The notes under the pieces: generated by a model | Databases searched by the model: none | The model's input: the letters and a program-made list of their open reading frames with translations, nothing else | What the model was told of the DNA's origin: nothing | Translations under genes and position numbers: made by a program | Shown: piece by piece, positions 13,415-25,354 of the stretch | How the letters are laid out: each line of letters begins with the position of its first letter | How positions within the stretch are numbered: position 1 is the stretch's first letter | Assembly: GCF_963921235.1 (NCBI RefSeq) | Contig: NC_086097.1 | Location: 19,780,001 to 19,840,000, forward strand | Direction of reading: 5' to 3' | Length of the DNA: 60,000 bases | Origin: Mobula hypostoma | Lineage: Eukaryota

Positions 13415-16400
13415 AAACATAGAAACATAGAAACATAGAAAATAGGTGCAGGAGTAGGCCATTCGGCCCTTCGAGCCTGCACCGCCATTTATTATGATCA
13501 TGGCTGATCATCCAACTCAGAACCCCGCCCCAGCCTTCCCTCCATACCCCCTGACCCCTGTAGCCACAAGGGCCATATCTAACTCCCTCTTAAACATAGC
13601 CAATGAACTGGCCTCAACAGTTTGCTGTGGCAGAGAATTCCACAGATTCACCACTCTCTGTGTGAAGAAGTTTTTCCTAATCTCGGTCCTAAAAGGCTTC
13701 CCCTCTATCCTCAAACTGTGACCCCATCGGGAAAATCTTCCTGCATCTAGCCTGTCCAATCCCTTTAGGATCTTATACGTTTCAATCAGATCCCCCCTCA
13801 ATCTTCTAAATTCCAACGAGTACAAGCCCAGTTCATCCAGTCTTTCTTCATATGAAAGTCCTGCCATCCCAGGAATCAATCTGGTGAACCTTCTTTGTAC
13901 TCCCTCTATGGCAAAGATGTCTTTCCTCAGATTAGGGGACCAAAACTGCACACAATACTCCAGGTGTGGTCTCACCAAGGCCTTGTACAACTGCAGTAGT
14001 ACCTCTCTGCTCCTGTACTCGAATCCTCTCGCTATAAATGCCAGCATACCATTCACCTTTTTCACCGCCTGCTGTACCTGCATGCCCACTTTCAATGACT
14101 GGTGTATAATGACACCCAGGTCTCGTTGCACCTCCCCTTTTCCTAATCGGCCACCATTCAGATAATAATCTGTTTTCCTATTTTTGCCACCAAAGTGGAT
14201 AACTTCACATTTATCCACATTAAATTGCATCTGCCATGAGTTTGCCCACTCACCCAACCTATCCAAGTCACCCTGCATCCTCTTAGCATCCTCCTCACTG
14301 CTAACACTGCTGCCCAGCTTCGTGTCATCCGCAAACTTGGAGATGCTGCATTTAATTCCCTCATCCAAGTCATTAATATATATTGTAAACAACTGGGGTC
14401 CCAGCACTGAGCCTTGCGGCACCCCACTAGTCACCGCCTGCCATTCTGAAAAGGTCCCGTTTATTCCCACTCTTTGCTTCCTGTCTGCTAACCAATTCTC
14501 CACCCACACCAATACCTTACCCCCAATACCATGTGCTTTAAGTTTGCACACTAATCTCCTGTGTGGGACCTTGTCAAAAGCCTTTTGAAAATCCAAATAT
14601 ACCACATCCACTGGTCCTCCCCTATCCACTCTACTAGTTACATCCTCAAAAAATTCTATGAGTTTCGTCAGACATGATTTTCCTTTCACAAATCCATGCT
14701 GACTTTGTCCGATCATTTCTCCGCTTTCCAAATGTGTTGTTATCACATCCTTGATAACTGACTCCAGCAGTTTCCCCACCACCGACGTTAGGCTAACCGG
14801 TCTATAATTCCCCGGTTTCTCTCTCCCTCCTTTTTTAAAAATTGGGGTTATATTAGCCACCCTCCAATCCTCAGGAACTAGTCCAGAATCTAACGAGTTT
14901 TGAAAAATTATCACTAATGCATCCACTATTTCTTGGGCTACTTCCTTAAGCACTCTAGGATGCAGACCATCTGGCCCTGGGGATTTATCTGCCTTCAATC
15001 CCTTCAATGTACCTAACACCATTTCCCTACTAACATGTATTTCACTCAGTTCCTCCATCTCACTGGACCCTCTGTCCCTTACTATTTCTGGAAGATTATT
15101 TATGTCATCCTTAGTGAAGACAGAACCAAAGTAATTATTCAATTGGTCTGCCATGTCCTTGCTCCCCATAATCAATTCACCTGTTTCTGTCTGCAGGGGA
15201 CCTACATTTGTCTTTACCAGTCTTTTCCTTTTTACATATCTATAAAAGCTTTTACAGTCCGTTTTTATGTTCTCTGCCAGTTTTCTCTCATAATCTTTTT
15301 TCCCCTTCCTAATTAAGCCCTTTGTCCTCCTCTGCTGAACTCTGAATTTCTCCCAGTCCTCAGGTGAGCCACTTTCTCTGGCTAATTTGTATGCTACTTC
15401 TTTGGAATTGATACTATCCCTAATTTCTCTTGTCAGCCACGGGTGCACTACCTTCCTTGATTTATTCTTTTGCCAAACTGGGATGAACAATTGTTGTAGT
15501 TCATCCATGCAACCTATAAATGCTTGCCATTGCATATCCACCGTCAATCCTTTAAGTGTCATTTGCCAGTCTATCTTAGCTAATTCACGTCTCATACCTT
15601 CAAAGTTACCCCTCTTTAAGTTCAGAACCTTTGTTTCTGAATTAACTATGTCACTCTCCATATTAATGAAGAATTCCACCATATTATGGTCACTCTTACC
15701 CAAGGGGCCTCTCACGACAAGATCGCTAATTAACCCTTCCTCATTGCTCAAAACCCAGTCCAGAATAGCCTGCTCTCTAGTTGGTTCCTCAACATGTTGG
15801 TTCAAAAAACCATCCCGTATACATTCCAAGAAATCCTCTTCCTCAGCACCTTTACCAATTTAGTTCACCCAGTCTACATGTAGATTGAAGTCACCCATTA
15901 TAACTGCTGTTCCTTTATTGCACACATTTCTAATTTCCTGTTTAATACCATCTCCGACCTCACTACTACTGTTAGGTGGCCTGTACACAACTCCCACCAG
16001 CGTCTTCTGCCCCTTAGTGTTACGCAGCTCTACCCATATCGATTCCACATCTTCCTGGCTTATGTCCTTCCTTTCTATTGCGTTAATCTCTTCTTTAACC
16101 AGCAACGCCACCCCACCTCCCCTTCCTTCATGTCTATCCCTCCTGAATATTGAATATCCCTGAACGTTGAGCTCCCATCCCTGGTCACCCTGGAGCCATG
16201 TCTCTGTGATCCCAACTATATCATAATCATTAATAACAATCTGCACTTTCAATTCATCCACCTTATTACGAATGCTCCTTGCATTGATACATAAAGCCTT
16301 CAGGCACTCTTTTACAACTCTCTTAGCCCTTGTACAATTATGTTGAAAAGTGGCCCTTTTTAATGCTTGCCCTGGATTTGTCGGCCTGCCACTTTTACTT

Positions 16401-16663
16401 TTCTCCTTTGTACTTTTTGCTTCTACGCTCACTTTACACCCCTCTGTCTCTCTGCACTGGTTCCCATCCCTCTGTTGTGAACTAACCTCCTCACGCCTAG
16501 CCTCTTTAATTTGATTCCCACCCCCCAACCATTCTAGTTTAAAGTCACCTCAGTAGCCCCCGCTAATCTCCCTGCCAGGATATTGGTCCCCCTAGGATTC
16601 AAGTGTAACCCGTCCTTTTTGTACAGGTCACGCCTGCGCCAAAAGAGGTCCCAATGATCCAAA
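13415..16663 (-). mobile_element. Young CR1 LINE, 5'-truncated in ORF1, with near-complete ORF2
   Basis: (TTTCTATG)n tail; TATAG duplicated at 13410-13414 and 16664-16668; ORF1 C-terminus with the SGNH-type DGLHLN motif; ORF2 with APE and RT domains. Confidence 0.93.
13517..16528 (-). pseudogene. CR1 ORF2 (APE endonuclease + reverse transcriptase) interrupted by one in-frame stop
   Basis: ORFs 15860-16528 and 13517-15829 share a frame, separated by TAA at 15862-15860. Motifs GITETW, MGDFN, SDH, KSPGPDG, YLDFQKAFD, GVPQGSVLGP, FADD. Confidence 0.9.
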
Positions 16664-18826
16664 TATAGTCGCTGTCTTGCCTTCTTTATAACAGCATCGA
16701 TATGTTGGGACCAGGTTAGATCCTCAGAGATCTTGACACCCAGGAACTTGAAGCTGCTCACTCTCTCCACTTCTGATGAGGATTGATACATGTTCCTTTG
16801 TCTTACCCTTCCTGAAGTTCACAATCAGCTCTTTCGTCTAACTGACGTTGAGTGCCAGGTTGTTGCTGCGGCACCACTCCACTAGTTGGCATATCTCACT
16901 CCTGTACCCACTCTCGTCACCACCTGAGATTCTACCAACAATGGTTGTATCGTCAACAAATTTACAGATGGTATTTGAGCTATACCTAGCCACACAGATG
17001 TATATATAGAGAGTAGAGCAGTGGGCTAAGCACACACCGCTGAGGTGCGCCAGTGTTGATCGTCAGTGAGGAGGATATGTTATCACCAATCCGCACAGAT
17101 TGTGGTCTTCTGGTTAGGAAGTCAGGATACAATTGCAGAGGGATTTACAGAGGCCCAGGTCCTGCAACTTCTCAATCAGAATTGTGGGAATGGTGGTATT
17201 AAATGCTGAGCTATAGTCGATGAACAGCATCCTGACATACATGTTTGTGTTGTCCAGGTGGTCTAAAGCCGTGTGAAGAGCCATTGAGATTGTGTCCGCC
17301 ATTGACCTATTGTGGCGATAGGCAAATTGCAATGGGTCCAGGTCCTTACTGAGGCAGGAATTCATTCTAGTCATGACCTCTCAAAGCATTTCATCACTGT
17401 AGATGTGAGTGCTACTGGGCGATAGTTATTAAGACAGCCCACATTATTCTTCTTAGGCACTGATATAATTGTTGCCTTTTTGAAGCAAGTGGGAACTACC
17501 ACCCTTAGCAGTGGGAGGTTGAAAATGACCTTGAGTACTCCCGCTAGTTGGTTGGCACAGGTTTTCCGAGCCTTACCAGGTACTCCATCGGGACCTTCCG
17601 CCTTGCGAGGGTCGCTCTCTTTAAAGACAGCCTAACATCAGCCTCTGAGACAGAGATCACAGGGTCATCAGGTGCAGCAGAGATCTTCACAGCTGTAGTT
17701 GTATTCTCCCTTTCAGAGGGTGTATAGAAGGTGTTGAGTTCATCTGGTAGTGAAGCATCGCTGCCATTCATGCTGTTGGGTTTCACTTTGTAGGAGGAAA
17801 TATCTTGCAGACTCTGCCAGAGTTGCTGTGCATCCAATGTCGCCTCCAACCTCATTCGAAATTGTCTCTGCAATAGCCCTCTGCAAATCATACCTGGTTT
17901 TCTGGTACAGGCCTGGGTTGCCAGACTTGAATGCCACAGACCTAGCCTTCAGCAGACGATGTACCTCCTGGTTCATCCACGGCTTTTGGTTTGGAGAATG
18001 TACAGCAAGTCTTTGTAGGCACACACTCATCCACACAGGTTTTAATGAAGTCAGTAACAACTGCAGCATACTCATCCAGGTTCGAAGGTGAATCCCTGAA
18101 AACAGTCCAGTCCACTGATTCAAAGCAGTCCTGTAGGCGCTCCTGTGCTTCACCTGTCCAAACCTTCTTGGTCCTCACTACTGGTGCTGCAGTCTTCAGT
18201 CTCTGCCTATACTCAGGGAGTAGAAGTACAGCCAGGTGATCAGACTTCCCGAAGTGAGGGTGTGGAATAGCATGGTAGGCATTCTTGATGGTGGTGTAGC
18301 AATGGTCCAGTGTGTTGTTTCCTCTGGTATTGCAAGTGATCTGTCGATGATAGTTGCTTAGTGATTTTTTTTAGACTGGCCTGGTTTAAAATCCCCCACA
18401 ACGATAGTGAAGGCATTAGGGTGTCCTGTTTCATGCATGTTGATCCCATTGCTTAGATCATCTAAAGCCAGCTTGACATTGGCCTGAGGTGGAATGTACA
18501 CTGCTACCAAAATTACCCTGAGAACTCCCATGGTAGGTAAAAAGACCAGCACTTTACTGCTAGATATTCCAGGTCTGGTGAGCAGAATTGGAACAGCACT
18601 GATATATTTGTGCACCAAGAAGAGTTGATCATGAGACATACTCCTCCACCTCTGCTTTTGAGAGACTCTATAGATCTATCCTGATGGTGTGTAGAAAACC
18701 CGTCGATCTGAATTGCTGCATCTGGTACGGAGAGGGTTAACCAGGATTCTGTGAAACAAAGGACACACGCAGTGCTACTGTCCCTCTGATTCAGCACCCT
18801 AGTTCTGAGATCATCGATTTTATTCT
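16664..18826 (-). mobile_element. Rex-Babar LINE, 5' part (APE endonuclease + RT, frameshifted)
   Basis: [57 protein letters not shown] and KFVDDTT motifs; continuous with 12806-13414 once the CR1 is removed. Confidence 0.88.
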
Positions 18827-18911
18827 GCGGGGTCAGTATTTTTAACTCAGAGAGTGGTTGATATGACACCAAAGACACTAGCAAATTTTAACTGCTAATT
18901 TTAATTTAGCA

Positions 18912-19432
18912 CAGTGGAGAGCAATCTAACTGGCTGCATCACCCTCTGGTCTGGGGGGTGGGTGGGAAACAGAGTGGGAGGTGGGTGGCCCTGCGCAGGA
19001 TCGCAATTAGCTGCAGAAAGTTGTGAGCTCAGAATGCTCCATCATGGGCCTCCCGGATCCAGGGCATCCATTCAAGGAGCGATGCCTCAAAAAGGCGGCA
19101 TCCATCATTAAGGATGCCCCTCATCCAGGACATGCCCTCTTCTCAGTGCTACCATCAGGATTGAGGTACAGAAGCCTAAAGGCGCACACTCAATGATTCA
19201 GGAACAGCTTCTTCCCCTCTGCCATATGATTTCTGAATGGACATTGAACCCATGAAGACTATCTCACTACTTTTATTTTTTTCTTTTTGCTCTACTTATT
19301 TAATTTAACTTAATATATATACACTTCTTACCATAATTTACAGATTTTATTATTATGTATTGCATTGTACGGCTGCCGCATAACAACAAATTTCACAACA
19401 TACGCCAATGATATTAAAGCTGATTCTGATAT
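18912..19432 (+). mobile_element. Rex-Babar 3' fragment
   Basis: ESNLTGCITLW motif; 3' UTR ending GATTCTGAT. Confidence 0.7.
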
Positions 19433-19679
19433 CAGAGGTGGTGATGGAATGTTTGGGAGGCATTCGGGGGGCATTTCAATAGACAAGGCACAAAGGATAC
19501 ATTCCTAGTGCAGGCAAACCGGATTAGCCAAGATGGGTTAAAGGATTGGCAAAGTCAGGGAGCCACTATCTGTATGTCTAAAACTAGGCGAGATGGAAAA
19601 AGTTTAAGAGGGATCTTGGGGTAAAAATGTACCCTTCAGTACAAATTTGTTATCTGGGATGATATTTCTGCATCAGGTG

Positions 19680-19845
19680 AGCACGTAGTGGTTGGCACAA
19701 TGCTACTACTGCACCAGCGACCCTGGTTTAATTCCTGCCACTGTTTGTGAGGAGTTTGTATGTTCTCCCTGTGACTGTGTGGGGATCCTCCCACAGTTCA
19801 TAGACGTACAGATTAGTAGGTTCAGTGGCCACGTGGGAGTAATTG
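19680..19845 (+). mobile_element. HE1/V-SINE-like element
   Basis: tRNA-like head followed by a GAGTTTGTATGTTCTCCCTGTGACTGTGTGGG V-domain-like core. Confidence 0.65.
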
Positions 19846-20945
19846 AATTGGCTTTATTTCTTACATCCTTCACGTACATGAGGAGTAAAAATATTTACAT
19901 TATGCCCACATCTAAATGTGCAATGTGCAATCATAGTAATTTATAATAAATAGAACAGTCACTGTAATATAGAGTACAATCAAATCAGCGTGAGTACATC
20001 AATCTGATGTGGTGGAAGAGGCTGTCCCAGAGCCTGTTGGTCCTGGTTTTTATGCTGCGATACTGCTTGCCGGATGGTAGCAGCTGGAATAGATTGTGGT
20101 TGAGATGGCTTGGGTCCCCAATGATCCTTTGGGCCCTTTTTACACACCTGTCCTTGTAAATGCCCTGAATCATGGGACGTTCACAACTACAGATGCGCTG
20201 GGCTGTCTGCACCACTCTCTGCAGAGTCCTGCGATTGAGGGAGGTACGGTTCCCATACCAGGCAGTGATGCAGCCAGTCAAGATGCTCTCAATTGTGCCC
20301 CTGTAGAAAGTTCTGAGGATTTGGGGGCCCATACCAAACTTCCTCAAATGTCTGAGGTGAAAGGGGTGTTGTTGTGCCTTTTTCACCACACAGCTGGTGT
20401 TTACAGATCACGTGAGGTCCTCGGTGATGTGGATGCCGAGGAACTTGAAGCTGTTCACCCTCTCAACCCCAGATCCATTGATGTCAATAGGGGTTAGCCC
20501 GTCTCCATTCCTCCTGTAATCCACAACCAGCTCCTTCGTTTTTTGCGATGTTGAGGGAGAGGTTGTTTCCTTGACACCACTGTTTGACATAAGGCCCATC
20601 AACGTAGTGTTGTCGGCAAATTTAATTTGCAAGTTGGAGCTGTGGGTGGCGATACAGTCATGGGTATACAGAGAGTAAAGGAGGGGACTCAGTACTCAGC
20701 CCTGAGGGGCTCCTGTATTGAGAGTCAGAGGGTTGTAGATGAGGGAGCGCACTCCTACAACCTGCTGGCGATCTGACAGGAAGTCCAGGATCCAGCTGCA
20801 CAAGGCAGAGTGAAGGCCGAGGTCTCTGAGCTTCTTGTCGAGCCTGGATGGAACTATGGTGTTGAGTGCTGAACTGTAGAACAAGAACAGCATTCTCACA
20901 TAAGCATCCTTCTTCTCTAGATGTGTAAGGACGGTATATAGGGCA
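19846..20945 (-). mobile_element. Rex-Babar LINE RT fragment
   Basis: YVRMLF..YSSALNTIVP, KFADNTT, KFLGIHITEDLT and FYRGTIESILTGCITAWYG motifs. Confidence 0.85.
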
Positions 20946-21064
20946 CTGGCTTTTGCATCAGGGTAATTGGGCAGGGCAGGCCCACTGGGGCCAGTTATCA
21001 CACTGTATCTCTAAATAAAAATAAAAATGACAATTTGTTCCAAATTCCAGCTCATCCCTGCTGG

Positions 21065-21300
21065 GTGGCACCATGGCACAACCAGTACAACCACTACTTC
21101 ACAGTGCATGAGATCCCAGGTTCGATTCCAACCTCAAGTTCTCTAGTATGTGGAGTGTTCGTGTTCTCCTTGTGACCATGTGGGTTTCCTCCAGGTGCTC
21201 CAAATTCCTCACACATTTCAAATTGGTCCCTAGTGTGTTGGTGAAAGTTAAAATCTGGAAGAGCTGGTGAGGAAATGCACAGAATATAAATGTGCCAATG
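21065..21300 (+). mobile_element. HE1/V-SINE-like element
   Basis: B-box GGTTCGATTCC at about 21119 and a TGGGTTTCCTCCAGGTGCTCC core. Confidence 0.65.
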
Positions 21301-21423
21301 AGCCTGTGTCACAGTTAATCCAAACATTGTTTGTGCCCAGTGTAGGGCACTGTGTGACATTGGGTGCCATCTAGTGGAAGGATTAGGAAGCACTAATGTT
21401 TGGAAACTACAAGGAAGAGTCTG

Positions 21424-22094
21424 CACTCAATGGTCACTTTATGAGGTACATACCTACATCTGCTCGTTAATGCAAGTATCTAAGCAGCCAATCACATGAC
21501 TGCAACTCAATGCATAAAAGCATGCAGACATGATCAAGAGGTTCAGTTGTTGTTCAGACCAACTTTAGAATGGGAAGAAATGTGATCCAAGTGACTTTGA
21601 CTCTGGAATGATTGTTGGTGCCAGACAGGGTGGGTTAAGCATCTCAGAAACTGTTGACCTTCTCAGATTTACATCCACAGCTGTCTCTAGAATTTACAGA
21701 GAATGGTGTGAAAAATAAAAAAATATCCAGTGAATGAGAGTTCTTTGGGTGAAAATACCTTGTTAATGAAAGAGGTCAGAGGGGGAATGGCCAAATGAGA
21801 GAAAGTCTGCAGGTGCTGGAAATCCAAGCAACACACATAAAATGCTGGAGGAACTCAGCAGGCCAGGCAGCATCTATGGAAAAGAGTACAGTCGATGTTT
21901 CAGCCCGACTCTTTTCCATAGAGGAGAATGGCTAGACTTGTTCAAGCTGACAGGAAGGCAACAGTACCTCAAATAACCATGCATTCAAACAGTGGTATGC
22001 AGAAGAGCATCTCTGAACACACAACACATTGAATCTTGAAGTGGATGCGGAAGACCACAAATTAGAGGTACCTAATAGAGTGGCCACTCAGTGT
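21424..22094 (+). mobile_element. Non-autonomous Tc1-like element with a nested Penelope-terminus fragment (about 21794-21919)
   Basis: Same TIRs and HTH remnant as 8590-9149; the insert is flanked by a degenerate duplication, AGAGGGGGAATGGCCA / AGAGGAGAATGGCTA. Confidence 0.75.
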
Positions 22095-22394
22095 ATGTCA
22101 GGGGTGGTGAACCATTTTGAGAGTGTGTGCCCAAATTGTCGATAATCTTCTAAAACATCCTCTTGAATACCATGGTAGATTTTTTCTTTTTCTGGTAAAC
22201 TGTCACAAAAGGAAAGGAACACACTCTCGTCAAGTTCCCCATCACTCAGTCATTCTCTTCTTCATTTGACAATGACGATAAACATAAATATATCTTTTTA
22301 TTATGGGTGGGTTTTAATCGAGGAGTGACACTGCATGCCATGTTGGGCATATATGCCATTGGTTCACCACTGTTGCCAGAGTCAATGATAGGCG

Positions 22395-22940
22395 CAGGGG
22401 ATTCTGCAGAAGCTGAAGATCTTGAGCAGCACACACAAAATGCTGGAGGAACTCAGCAGGTCAGGCAGCATCAATGGAGGGGAAAGAATAGTTGGAGTTT
22501 TGGGCCAAGACACTCTATCAGGAGTGAAAGGGAAGGGGTCAGAAGCCAGAATAAGAAAGGAGGGAAGGGAAAAGCCTATCATCTGCCAGTTTGTACTCCT
22601 CCCCCTCCAGGCTTGCTGGAAGATGATAGGTGAAGCCAAGTGGGGGAGGGGTAGCAGGGAGGTGATTGGTGGAAAAGAGGTGGAGAGTGGACCATGGGAG
22701 AATGGGAAGGAGGAGGGGATCCAGAGGGAGGTGATAGGGGGTAAGAGGGGAGCCAGAGAGGTTAATGGCAGAGGAGTGAAGGGGGAGGAGGAAAAATTAT
22801 GAAAGTTGGAAAAATTGTTGTTCTCATCATCAGGTTGGAGGTTACCCTGATAGAATATGAGATGTCTCTCCTCCAGCCTGAGAGTGGTCTCATTGTGATA
22901 GTAGAGGAGGCCATGGTTCGACATGTCAGAAAGGAAAGTA
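22395..22940 (-). mobile_element. Penelope-like element 3' fragment
   Basis: HGLLYYHNETTLRLEERHLIF GIY-YIG C-terminal remnant, pyrimidine-rich UTR and the common terminal sequence. Confidence 0.75.
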
Positions 22941-24020
22941 TTTGACTGTTTGTACCATGATCATCACATTCTGCAGGAGCACCATTCAAAGGTTCCTGAC
23001 CAGCTGCATCACCGGCTGGCATGTGTATTGCAATGTAGTAGATCCCAAAATCCTGCAACGTATGGTGAGCATCTCTGAAACATCATCCAGGTCTCTACCC
23101 CCCCCCCCCCTATTCAGGACATATATCAGAAGCCCTGATACTCAGTGCCTTCAGCTTTGTCAAAAACCCTTCCCATCCCTCCCACAATCCCTTTGACCTC
23201 CAGCATTCAGGCAGAAGACACCACAGCTTAAGAACTGGTCACCTTTCATCTTTTATTGCTACTGGTTCACATATTTATACTACAGCTTGTTTCATTATAA
23301 TAGTGCCAGTAACATTATACTGTCCTCCATAAACACGCACCTCACACTTTATGCCAACCTCTCAATCGTCAGGCCCTGTCACTCAGGGACTTGTGTTAAT
23401 ATGATTTTGTGACTGTATGCATTGGATTGTCACTATGTGCGCTGTGTGTGACTGTGTATCACGTTTGCCCCAGAGGAACTTTGTTTTGTTTTGCAGTATA
23501 AATTTGTACAGTTGAATGACAGTAAACTTGAACTCCAACTTGATTGGGGATTGGAATTAAAATGCTTGGCCACCAGGAAATCGAGCTTGTTGTAGGCAGA
23601 GCAGCGAGTACAGACCCAGAGCTATCAAGTGTTCCTCGTATGATAACCCTTTCATTCCCAGAATCATCCTTGTGAACCGCCTCTGGACCCTTTCCAATGC
23701 CAGCATATCTTTTCTTAGATGAGGAGCCCAAAACTGTTCACAATACTCAAGGTGAGGCCTCACCAGTGCCTTATAACGCCTCAGCATCACATCACTGCTC
23801 TCGTATTCAAGACCTCTTGAAATGAATGCTAACATTGCATTTGCCTTCCTCACCACCAACTCTACCTGCAAGTTAACCTTCAGGATGTTCTGCACAAGGA
23901 CTCCCAAGTCCCTTTGCATCTCATATTCCTGGATATTCTCCCTGTTTAGAAAATAGTCTGCACATTTATTTCTCCTACCAAAGTGCAAGTACATGCCATT
24001 TCCAACATCGTATTTCATTT

Positions 24021-25354
24021 AACACACGTAAAAATTGCTGGTGAACGCAGCAGGCCAGGCAGCATCTCTAGGAAGCGTTACAGTCAACGTTTTGGGCTGA
24101 GACCCTTCGTCAGGACTAACTGAAAGAAGAGCTAGTAAGAGATTTGAAAGTGGGAGGGGGAGGGGGAGATACAAAATCATAGGAGAAGACAGGAGGGGGA
24201 GGGATGGAGCCAAGAGTTGGACAGGTGATTGGCAAAAGGGATACGAGAGGATCATGGGACAGGAGGCCCAGGGAGAAAGAAAGGGGAAGGGGGGAAGCCC
24301 AGAGGATGGGCAAAGGGTATAGTGAGAGGGACAGAGGGAGAAAAACGAGAGAGAGAAAAAAAGAATGTGTGTATATAAATAAATAACGGATGGGGTACGA
24401 GGGGGAGGTGGGGCAATAACGGAAGTTAGAGAAGTCAATGCTCATGCCATCAGGTTGGAGACTACCCAGAGGGAATATAAGGTGTTGCTCCTCCAACCTG
24501 AGTGTGGCTTCATCTATACAGTAGAGGAGGCCGTGGACAGACATATCAGAATGGGAATGGGATGTGGAATTAAAATGTGTGGCCACTGGGAGATCCTGCT
24601 TTCTCTGGCAGACAGAGCGTAGGTATTCAGCGAAACGGTCTCCCAGCCTGCGTCGGGTCTCGCCAATATATAGAAGGCCGCATCGGGAGCACTGGACGCA
24701 GTACATCACCCCAGCCGACTCACAGGTGAAGTGTCGCCTCACCTGGAAGGACTAATCCACATCCCATTCCCATTCTGATATGTCTATCCATGACCTCCTC
24801 TACTGTCAAGATGAAGCCACACTCAGGTTGGAGGAACAACATCTTATATTCTGTCTGGGTAGCCTCCAACCTGGTGGCATGAACATTGACTTCTCTAACT
24901 TCAATTAATGTCCCACCTCCCCTTCATACCCCATCCGTTATTTATTTATTTGTTTGTTTGTTTATTTATTTATATACATATTTCCCGCTCTCTTTTTCTC
25001 CCTCTGTCCCTCTCACTATACTCCTCGCCCATCCTCTGGGCTTCCCCCCTCCCCCTTTCTTTCTCCCTAGGCCTCCTGTCCCATGATCCTCTCATATCCC
25101 TTTTTCCAATCAACTTTCCAGCTCTTAGCTTCATCCCTCCCCCTCCTGTCTTCTCTTATCATTTTGGATCTCCCCCTCCCCCTCCCACTTTCAAATCTCT
25201 TACTATCTCTTCTTTCAGTTAGTCCTGACGAAGGGTCTCGGCCCGAAACGTCGACTGTACCTCTTCCTATAGATGCTGCTTGGCCTCCTGCGTTCACCGG
25301 CAATTTTTATGTGTGTTGCTTGAAATTCCAGCATCTGCAGATTTCCTCCTGTTT
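24021..25354. mobile_element. Inverted (head-to-head) Penelope-like insertion with an 11-bp TSD
   Basis: GIY-YIG motif GVMYCVQCSRCGLLYIGETRRRLGDRF on the minus strand (ORF 24116-24742); second arm on the plus strand from about 24756; GTATTTCATTT at 24010-24020 and 25355-25365. Confidence 0.88.
25220..25257 (+). ncRNA. Minimal type-I hammerhead ribozyme (best-preserved copy)
   Basis: UAGUC-CUGACGA-A-GGGU CUCG GCCC-GAAAC-GUC|GACUG. Stem I AGUC/GACU, catalytic CUGANGA and GAAA boxes, stem II GGGU/GCCC, palindromic ACGU helix III, GUC cleavage triplet ending at 25252. Confidence 0.8.

Noticed and set aside
13517..15829. 770-aa RT ORF as a novel host gene or retron-like system
   Set aside because: It is ordinary CR1 ORF2, with its own tail and TSD.
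16534..16791. 85-aa ORF fusing Rex-Babar RT to the CR1 ORF1 esterase tail
   Set aside because: An in-frame join at an insertion junction occurs by chance one time in three; there is no promoter or other sign of function.
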